A stretch of 55,702 bases of DNA from Desulfobacterales bacterium (GTDB taxonomy: Bacteria > Desulfobacterota > Desulfobacteria > Desulfobacterales > C00003060). The position numbers and the translations under genes were made by a program. Positions 45,910-52,602 of this stretch are shown here, one piece after another. A model generated the notes under the pieces. That model was given only the letters and a program-made list of their open reading frames with translations, was not told the DNA's origin and did no database searches. How positions within the stretch are numbered: position 1 is the stretch's first letter; each line of letters begins with the position of its first letter. The DNA lies in NCBI GenBank assembly GCA_030616425.1, contig JAUWXJ010000001.1, forward strand, positions 1 through 55,702, written 5' to 3'.

Positions 45910-47076
45910 CTAGTTGCCAGAAAGCATCCTCAGGGCCACCTCCGCAGCCCGTCTGGAAGCCCCCGGCGTGCCCAAGTTCTCTCCCACCCGAAGTAGTTCG
46001 TGACGCATCCGCACAAGCCCTTTTTCATCTCTGAGCATTCTCAAGGCCAGGTCGGTAATCTTTTCGGCTGAGGCATCCGCCTGAATCAACTCCGGCACAA
46101 TCGGCCTTTTGGCAACCAAGTTTGCCAGGCCGACATGCTTTACGCGAACCAGGCGCTTTCCAAGCCAGTAAGTGAGAGGAGATACTTTGTACACGATAAT
46201 CATAGGTGTACCTGCTATGGCCGCCTCCAGCGTCACGGTCCCAGAAGCTGTTATGATCAATGCAGCCTCATCCAGTACATCTCGAAGCCTATCAGACAGG
46301 ATCAAGAACCTTGCCTTTCCTCCCTGAACAATGGTCTCTACAACACCCCTGCCGACCGAAGGGGCTACAGGTATGGCAAAGCGGATCCCCTCGATCTGTT
46401 CTGAAAGGATCTCTGCAACCTTTACCATCGTGGGAAGAAGGCGTGAGATCTCCTCATTCCGACTGCCGGGCAGAAGGCCGACCAGAAAACCGTTGCAACT
46501 CAAGTCTTCTGCTTTCTCCTCAGTTGCCGTGGCTTGCATGCTGTCCAGTAAGGGGTGTCCCACAAAGGTGACCGGCACGTTCCACTCCTTATAAAAATCG
46601 ACCTCGAACGAAAAGATCACCACCATGTGATCGACCACCTTCTTAATCTTTTTAACCCTCCCAGTCCGCCAGGCCCACACCTGTGGACTGATGTAATACA
46701 TAACCGGAATACCCAGTTTCTTGGCAGCAGTGGAAACGCGCAGATTAAAGTCTGGGAAATCAATCAAGATGAGTAGGGCAGGATGAATCTTTTTAAGATC
46801 CTGTTTGGCCAGCCTGAGTGCGCTAAGAAGTACGTTAATCTTTGAAAAGACTTCAGAAATCCCAACTACAGCCATCTGAGAATTATCAACCCGAATCTCA
46901 ACTCCAGCTCGTCGAAGGGCGTTGCCACCTATCCCGAAAAAATCAAGGTCTGGGTTGAGTGCCCGCATGGCTCTCACCAAGTGTGCCCCATGAAGGTCAC
47001 CAGAGGCCTCCCCAGCAATGATCATGATCTTCCGATTTCTATACCCAGATGGCAGATTGATAGGCTGATCCTTCAA
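45910..47076 (-). CDS. lpxB: Lipid-A-disaccharide synthase
   Basis: IMIIAGEASGDLHGAHL, LLPGSRNEEI. The ORF-track start is TTG at 47076; an alternative ATG is at 47025. Confidence 0.9.
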   Translation of the reverse strand: MKDQPINLPSGYRNRKIMIIAGEASGDLHGAHLVRAMRALNPDLDFFGIGGNALRRAGVEIRVDNSQMAVVGISEVFSKINVLLSALRLAKQDLKKIHPALLILIDFPDFNLRVSTAAKKLGIPVMYYISPQVWAWRTGRVKKIKKVVDHMVVIFSFEVDFYKEWNVPVTFVGHPLLDSMQATATEEKAEDLSCNGFLVGLLPGSRNEEISRLLPTMVKVAEILSEQIEGIRFAIPVAPSVGRGVVETIVQGGKARFLILSDRLRDVLDEAALIITASGTVTLEAAIAGTPMIIVYKVSPLTYWLGKRLVRVKHVGLANLVAKRPIVPELIQADASAEKITDLALRMLRDEKGLVRMRHELLRVGENLGTPGASRRAAEVALRMLSGN

Positions 47077-47139
47077 GAAACCACGGATATGAGCAATAGG
47101 TCAAAACCGTGCTTCACAAGCACCTTGAAAGTGAATCGA

Positions 47140-47158
47140 CTATGGCCTGCGGCCATAG
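47140..47158. other. Perfect 8-bp hairpin between the Gfo/Idh/MocA gene and lpxB
   Basis: ctatggcc-tgc-ggccatag. A second hairpin, gtgctt-cac-aagcac, sits at 47109..47123. Confidence 0.4.
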
Positions 47159-47176
47159 CGTCAAGACGCACAAGCC

Positions 47177-48169
47177 CTAAAATGACTCACTCTTTCCCAT
47201 AAACTTCTTATTGGTTGCCTCGATTTGATCCATGATGCTGAGAGCAACCCGCAGGGCATTCCGCCCCTCCCTGCCCGATACCAGTGGTGCCTCACGAGTT
47301 CTTACCGAGTGGACAAATGCCTCCAGCTCAGATTCCAGGGAATCGGCTTCCTCAAAACTAGTCTGCTCTAAAAACATGCCAGGGATTGGAAGCTGGATGC
47401 CATCCCCGTCCCTTCGGATAGTGGTAATCTCATGATTTGCACAATCGACCGAGATATAGGTGTCTTTCTGGAAGATACGTATTTTTCGCATATTTTTCAT
47501 GGAAATACGGCTGGCAGTTACATTGGCAACACAGCCATTCTCAAAAACCAACCGCGCATTGGCAATGTCTACGCGAGTGGATACTACCGGAACACCGACA
47601 GCATGAATGCTCTTAACCTCGGACTTTACAAAGTTCAATATGATGTCTATGTCATGGATCATCAAATCCAAGACCACATCGACTTCGGTTCCTCGCACTT
47701 CCTTTCCTGGGTCTGGTTTCTTGGGGATATGTAACCGGTGAGACTCTATGAACAGAGGACGCTCCACTACCTCCCGCAGGGCTACCACCGCTGGATTAAA
47801 TCGCTCCAGATGCCCCACTTGGATGATTCGGCTACGGAAATCTGCAACCTTTATCAAGGCATCGGCCTCCCCAACTGTCTCTGCCATCGGTTTTTCGATC
47901 AATACATCCACATTATTTTCCAGGAAATCACGGCTAATCGAAAAATGCACGGTGGTAGGTACCACCACGCTTACTCCGTCCACCTTACCTATGAGATCTC
48001 TGTAATCGGTAAAAGGCTCTGTTCCATACTGTTTTGCAACACTTTCTGCTCTTTCAGGGATTATGTCCACCACACCCGCAAGCTTCACCCCATCCATCCG
48101 CGCATATTTTTCAGCATGAAACTTCCCCAGATATCCAATCCCTACTACACCAACACGTAACGGTTCCAT
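47177..48169 (-). CDS. Gfo/Idh/MocA family NAD(P)-dependent oxidoreductase
   Basis: 330 aa. N-terminal Rossmann LRVGVVGIGYLGKFH and EKPMA motif. Confidence 0.85.
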   Translation of the reverse strand: MEPLRVGVVGIGYLGKFHAEKYARMDGVKLAGVVDIIPERAESVAKQYGTEPFTDYRDLIGKVDGVSVVVPTTVHFSISRDFLENNVDVLIEKPMAETVGEADALIKVADFRSRIIQVGHLERFNPAVVALREVVERPLFIESHRLHIPKKPDPGKEVRGTEVDVVLDLMIHDIDIILNFVKSEVKSIHAVGVPVVSTRVDIANARLVFENGCVANVTASRISMKNMRKIRIFQKDTYISVDCANHEITTIRRDGDGIQLPIPGMFLEQTSFEEADSLESELEAFVHSVRTREAPLVSGREGRNALRVALSIMDQIEATNKKFMGKSESF

Positions 48170-48183
48170 AGCGTGCTCAGATC

Positions 48184-48456
48184 CTTAAGTGCCTAAAGTA
48201 AGCGAAAGTGCCTAAAGTTAAAAGATGAAATACCGCTTGTTTGGTTTTACTCGTTCCGTTGGTTCGATTGGTTAGAAACCAATAAAACCAATTCAACCAA
48301 TCTAACTAATGAAACCAGTGGCTAAAAGAATAAAACTAATTTTCAAAAAGGTTTCTTCAGATCCTTAACTTTAGCTCACCCTGGCCCAGACCTGGCTTAT
48401 AGGCATAATAGGGTATTCCGGCACATAGCGCCAGGACAGGCTTTAGGCACTTTAAG
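48184..48456. repeat. Composite nested palindrome: GTGCCTAAAG arms, an internal AACCAAT/ATTGGTT minisatellite hairpin, and a core shared with 4092..4156
   Basis: cttaagtgcctaaag (48184..48198) pairs with ctttaggcactttaag (48441..48456). gtgcctaaagttaa pairs with ttaactttagctcac. The 9-nt-type sub-repeats at 48240..48320 form the two arms of an inner hairpin. Confidence 0.75.
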
Positions 48457-48469
48457 TACTTTAATCTCC

Positions 48470-49285
48470 CTATTCTATGCCTATAATCGCAATCCCGTTT
48501 TGATCAGCCAGCGCAACCGCCTCTTCCCTGTCAAAAACCACTGTTTTGTCAGCCTCAACAGCCAAGACCGAGGCGCCAACATCGCACATTGCTTGAATGG
48601 TCTTGAGCCCAACAGCGGGCACGTCGAATCGCATATCCTGATTGGGTTTGCTCGCCTTCACTACCACGGTCTTTTTCTTCCCGAGCTTCCCTCCTCGCCT
48701 TATCGTAGCATCAGTACCATCTATTGCCTCTACCGCCATCACTGAGCCGCCCCGAACCACTACGCTCTGTCCAATATCTAGCCTTCCAATCTCCTTAACG
48801 ATATGCCACCCGAAATGCACATCGGCCATCTCGGACTTGGTTGGCTTGCGCCGCGTCCAGCAGCCTCTTTTTGCCAGAAGTTCGGGCAGCAAAAAAGTAG
48901 AAGGGCGAATGGTTATCCCCTCTTTTTCCATCTCACTGGCAAAGGCCCGCAGGAGCCCATCATCAAGTGTATGATCTAAAGTCGCCAGGACCTTCAGGGC
49001 CCTCAGGTCTGGCCTCACTCCTGAAAACATCTTGGTCTTGGCAATCGCCCCAGCCATCACCGCATCACTTACCCCATTTTCTTTAAAAAATGTAATAAGT
49101 TGCTTCAATTGACCGATCTTTAGCCACTTTATTTCTTCCACAAGGGTTTCGAGTCGCGGGTCTGTTTCCCCAACATGGGCTACTGCGTAAACCTTCATTC
49201 CCCTTTTCCTGGCCGCCTTAGAAAAAATTGCGGGGAACTGCCCGCTCCCCGCAATGAGTCCAATCTTTGGGTTTGTTGGGTTCAT
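48470..49285 (-). CDS. lpxI: UDP-2,3-diacylglucosamine diphosphatase LpxI (DUF1009)
   Basis: KIGLIAGSGQFPAIF N-terminal core, position between lpxA and lpxB. The start is ambiguous: ATG at 49285 or 49303 inside the 9-bp repeat, or TTG at 49363. Confidence 0.8.
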   Translation of the reverse strand: MNPTNPKIGLIAGSGQFPAIFSKAARKRGMKVYAVAHVGETDPRLETLVEEIKWLKIGQLKQLITFFKENGVSDAVMAGAIAKTKMFSGVRPDLRALKVLATLDHTLDDGLLRAFASEMEKEGITIRPSTFLLPELLAKRGCWTRRKPTKSEMADVHFGWHIVKEIGRLDIGQSVVVRGGSVMAVEAIDGTDATIRRGGKLGKKKTVVVKASKPNQDMRFDVPAVGLKTIQAMCDVGASVLAVEADKTVVFDREEAVALADQNGIAIIGIE

Positions 49286-49327
49286 TGGGTTTGTTGGGTT
49301 CATTGGGTTCGTTGGGTTTGTTGGGTC
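49265..49327. repeat. 9-bp tandem repeat, 7 units (plus strand NNTTGGGTT; minus strand AACCCANNN)
   Basis: ctttgggtt tgttgggtt cattgggtt tgttgggtt cattgggtt cgttgggtt tgttgggtc. If translated on the minus strand it gives (NPT/NPM)n. Confidence 0.9.
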
Positions 49328-49372
49328 ATAACTAAATAAACACAATAAACCATTTAAACACAATAAACCGTG

Positions 49373-50146
49373 TCACCTCGTTACCCCCCGCTGAGAGGAC
49401 TTGATAAACTCTGTGACATTAACAACTTCTGGTATCTGATCTACCTCTGCGGTAACCCTTTCAATCCCTTCATTCAAGGTCAATCCGAGTCGAAATAGGA
49501 TTCGATAGGTCTTCTTAAGGGCGAGCAAAGTATCTGTTGAAAAGTGATGCCTCTTCAAACCTACGGTATTCAATCCGTGGAGTCTGGCGCGGGGTGTGCC
49601 TGATGCCAGCACGTATGGCGGAATATCTTTGCTCACAGCAGTCATGCCACCTACAAAGGCATACTCTCCAATCCGCACAAATTGGTGGACGGCTACAAAG
49701 GCACCCACGGTGGCCCAATCTCCTATCCTGATATGGCCGCCAAGGGTGGCAGCATTGGCAAAGAGAACCTCTCGCCCGGTGAAGCAGTCATGCGCAATGT
49801 GGGTATAGGCCATCAAAAAATTTTCTTCGCCAATCTCGGTTATTCCGCCGCCAAACTCGGTCCCCCTGTGAATTGTCACAAATTCTCGGATCGTGGTTCC
49901 ACGACCAATCTTTACAAACGTTTTCTCTCCTTTGAATTTCAAAGCCTGAGGAACAGCACCTATGGCTGCGTGTTGGAATATCTTACAATCGGGCCCAATA
50001 GTCGTATACTGATCTATTGTTACATGAGAACCAATGATAGTCCCAGCATGTATTTGAACGTCGCTGGCTAATACAGCATAGGGCCCAATTTGAACATCAG
50101 AATCTATCTGGGCACCAGGATCAACAATTGCAGTAGGATGTATCAT
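49373..50146 (-). CDS. lpxA: Acyl-ACP:UDP-N-acetylglucosamine O-acyltransferase
   Basis: 257 aa. MIHPTAIVDPGAQI, hexapeptide repeats, C-terminal helical domain. Confidence 0.95.
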   Translation of the reverse strand: MIHPTAIVDPGAQIDSDVQIGPYAVLASDVQIHAGTIIGSHVTIDQYTTIGPDCKIFQHAAIGAVPQALKFKGEKTFVKIGRGTTIREFVTIHRGTEFGGGITEIGEENFLMAYTHIAHDCFTGREVLFANAATLGGHIRIGDWATVGAFVAVHQFVRIGEYAFVGGMTAVSKDIPPYVLASGTPRARLHGLNTVGLKRHHFSTDTLLALKKTYRILFRLGLTLNEGIERVTAEVDQIPEVVNVTEFIKSSQRGVTR

Positions 50147-50589
50147 GTCTTTTTTCCTATCATGGCCATCACTTCGGCCTCTGCAACCAGCGTCCCGTCC
50201 ACAGTCGCCTTGCCAGACATCTTAAAAAGATTCGAACGCGTCTTCAATAGAATCATCTCAAGAATGAGTTGATCTCCCGGGACTACAGGTTCTCGGAAGC
50301 GGGCCTTGTCAATACCCATAAAATAGATCAGTTCTCTGTTCTTCTCCTCTGCACGAGAAGCATAGGCAAGGACCCCTCCTACCTGAGCCATGGCCTCAAC
50401 AATGAGCACACCCGGCATAACAGGTGTTCCCGGAAAATGCCCCTGAAAAAAAGGCTCATTTATTGTCACATTCTTGAGCCCGACTATCCGTTCATTCGGA
50501 ATTATCTCCACGATTCGATCCACCATGATAAAGGGATACCGATGTGGCAGGAACTCCATAATCTTGCGAATGTCATATACGAGGTCCAT
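50143..50589 (-). CDS. fabZ: 3-hydroxyacyl-ACP dehydratase FabZ
   Basis: 148 aa. LPHRYPFIMVDRI, HFPGTPVMPGVLIVEAMAQ. 4-nt overlap with lpxA. Confidence 0.95.
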   Translation of the reverse strand: MDLVYDIRKIMEFLPHRYPFIMVDRIVEIIPNERIVGLKNVTINEPFFQGHFPGTPVMPGVLIVEAMAQVGGVLAYASRAEEKNRELIYFMGIDKARFREPVVPGDQLILEMILLKTRSNLFKMSGKATVDGTLVAEAEVMAMIGKKT

Positions 50590-50605
50590 CTCTCTCCTCT
50601 CCCAA

Positions 50606-50707
50606 ATGCAAAGCGTAAGATGCCTGATACCTCACACACGGCTCCGAATGACAAAGGAAGCTTGTGCCCCAGGGATCAGGCATCCTGTCCAAGCAGCAGA
50701 ACTGCAT
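50606..50707. repeat. Intergenic palindrome sharing the AGATGCCTGAT / ATCAGGCATC arms with repeat family A copy 1
   Basis: agatgcctgat (50618..50628) pairs with atcaggcatc (50675..50684), and the outer atgca pairs with tgcat. The same arm sequence occurs at 26769..26779 and 26869..26880. Confidence 0.65.
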
Positions 50708-50716
50708 CCAACCTGT

Positions 50717-51748
50717 TTAGTCCATCGCAACCTTTTCCAACCTATCGATGCGTTTCTCCAATTCCCTTATCTTTTTTTTCAACTCCGGAAGCTTGGGAAT
50801 AATGTTGGAAACCTTCAGCCAGACGCTATGGGGCATCTCTGGGCTACCAGACACGACCTGACCATCGGGTATTGATTTGGCAATCCCTGACTGAGCCCCT
50901 ATGGTCACTCGATTACCAATAGTCACATGTTGCGATACCCCAACCTGACCGGCCAAGATCGCATGGTCTCCAATAGTTACACTCCCCGAAACCCCCACCT
51001 GCGCAACCAATACAGTATCTTCACCCACCACTACATTGTGGGCGACGTGCACTGAATTGTCTGTTTTGACGCCACGCTTGATCCAAGTCCTTCCAAAGGT
51101 TGCCCTGTCAATTGTATTGCAAGCGCCTATCTCCACGTCATCGTCGATGCGAACGATACCCGTCTGTGGGATCTTATGATAGCGGTCTCCATCAGGCGCA
51201 AATCCGAAACCGTCACTACCTATAACAGAACCCCCATGAATAATCACCCTGCTACCGATCTCGCAGCGCTCCAGAATGCATACATTGGGATAGACGATTA
51301 CATCATCGCCTACTTTCACACTGTTATCAATGACTACCCCTGGATGCAGAGTCACACAGTCACCCAAGGTCACATCGTCACCAATGAACACCCCTGGGTA
51401 CACAGAAATATCAGCTCCACACTTGAAATTTTCCCCTATGTGCGCATCCTCACTGATCCCGACCACCGGGCGGGAAACAGGATGAAACAAGGTAGATACT
51501 TTGGCCATGGCTAAAGAGGGATCTTTAACACGCACAAGGATTTTCTCAGATTCACGAACCTCATCAGGAACAATTACTGCAGCCGCCATGGTCTCATCAA
51601 CACGCTTCTTGTAGTCGGCAGATGCAGCAAAGGTGATATCATCCGGGCCGGCATTGTCAAACGCAGCAACACCTCTGATAATAAAATCACCGTCACCCAC
51701 AACCTCACCACTAACCAGTTCAGCAATCTTGCGAACAGGAAGCTCCAT
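50717..51748 (-). CDS. lpxD: UDP-3-O-(3-hydroxyacyl)glucosamine N-acyltransferase
   Basis: 343 aa with extensive hexapeptide repeats. Position skp-lpxD-fabZ-lpxA. Confidence 0.9.
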   Translation of the reverse strand: MELPVRKIAELVSGEVVGDGDFIIRGVAAFDNAGPDDITFAASADYKKRVDETMAAAVIVPDEVRESEKILVRVKDPSLAMAKVSTLFHPVSRPVVGISEDAHIGENFKCGADISVYPGVFIGDDVTLGDCVTLHPGVVIDNSVKVGDDVIVYPNVCILERCEIGSRVIIHGGSVIGSDGFGFAPDGDRYHKIPQTGIVRIDDDVEIGACNTIDRATFGRTWIKRGVKTDNSVHVAHNVVVGEDTVLVAQVGVSGSVTIGDHAILAGQVGVSQHVTIGNRVTIGAQSGIAKSIPDGQVVSGSPEMPHSVWLKVSNIIPKLPELKKKIRELEKRIDRLEKVAMD

Positions 51749-51780
51749 TTCTCGTTATCCGTTATTTCTTATTCATAGAT

Positions 51781-51871
51781 GAAAGTGCCTAAAGTTAAAG
51801 GAATAAACCAATCTTTACAAAAAGTTTCTTCAAGTCCTCAACTTTAGCTCACTTTAGGCACTTTAGCTCAC
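51781..51871. repeat. Short copy of the GTGCCTAAAG-armed element
   Basis: gtgcctaaagttaaagga...caaaaagtttcttcaagtcctcaactttagctcactttaggcac matches 48209..48378 with the central minisatellite hairpin absent. Confidence 0.7.
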
Positions 51872-51891
51872 TTCTTACACGATTCACCAAC

Positions 51892-52464
51892 CTATTGCTT
51901 TTTCTTTGACTTCGCCGATGCACCTTCTTTCTTATTCCGCTTTGCATCCATGAGATTGTATTCTTCTATTACCTTGTCAGTTATGTCTATAGCATTAGGT
52001 GCGTAAACCACGCCCCCTACACGACGATCAATAATCAACGAGTACCCGCCGGCTTTCCCTGTTCTTTCAACTATCTCAAAAACATCTTTCGTAATCTTTC
52101 TAGAGAAATTGACGTTGAGCTCTCTCAGAACATCTTGATACCGCCTCTCGAGAGACCTAAAGTCTTGAATCTTGGCACGCAGGTCCTGTTCCTTTGCCCC
52201 ACGCGCCTCATCACTCATAACAAGGGCTTTTTGATCCAGAGTCTTTTTCAGATCTTCAATCTCAGTTCCCTTCTTCTTGAGGATCTGCTCCATCTTCTTT
52301 CCTTGACTCTTGATCTCAACGGATGACCGCTTACCAGCATTCGACTTGTCGATTATCTTCTGGAGGTCGATGACTCCTATTTTTTGCACCTCAGCCCCGT
52401 AAACCATCCCGCTAAGGCCAAAAAAACAAAGGGCTATGCTCAAAAATATGTTACGCATACTCAT
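51892..52464 (-). CDS. skp: OmpH/Skp periplasmic chaperone
   Basis: Signal peptide followed by a Lys/Glu-rich coiled-coil. ATG at 52464 preceded by a GGAGG SD. Position between bamA and lpxD. Confidence 0.85.
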   Translation of the reverse strand: MSMRNIFLSIALCFFGLSGMVYGAEVQKIGVIDLQKIIDKSNAGKRSSVEIKSQGKKMEQILKKKGTEIEDLKKTLDQKALVMSDEARGAKEQDLRAKIQDFRSLERRYQDVLRELNVNFSRKITKDVFEIVERTGKAGGYSLIIDRRVGGVVYAPNAIDITDKVIEEYNLMDAKRNKKEGASAKSKKKQ

Positions 52465-52602
52465 GAAAAACCTCCTTCTTTGGTCATTAGTCATTATTAC
52501 TGATATCAGCTACGGCAAGGCATTGGGCTTACGAGATCTAAAATGCACCAGCACCGGGAATCGGGGATCAGGCAAGAGCAGGTAAACGAGATGACTAGTG
52601 AC

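Noticed and set aside
45828-46034. A 68-aa plus-strand ORF (…RDCFTTLAMT…).
   Set aside because: It starts inside the GTCATTGCGAG hairpin element and runs antisense into the lpxB 3' end. It is a palindrome translation artefact.
48420-48440. A sigma54-type -24/-12 promoter (minus strand ctggcgctatgtgcc) upstream of the oxidoreductase gene.
   Set aside because: The GG-to-GC spacing is about 2 nt shorter than the TGGCAC-N5-TTGC consensus. The sequence is also part of the conserved repeat core seen at 4098..4108.
49265-49327. CRISPR array candidates (tandem and interspersed repeats at 49265..49327, 48184..48456 and 31289..31440).
   Set aside because: The repeat units are 5-10 nt or palindromic arms, not 25-40-nt direct repeats separated by unique spacers of similar length. 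There are no cas genes in the window.
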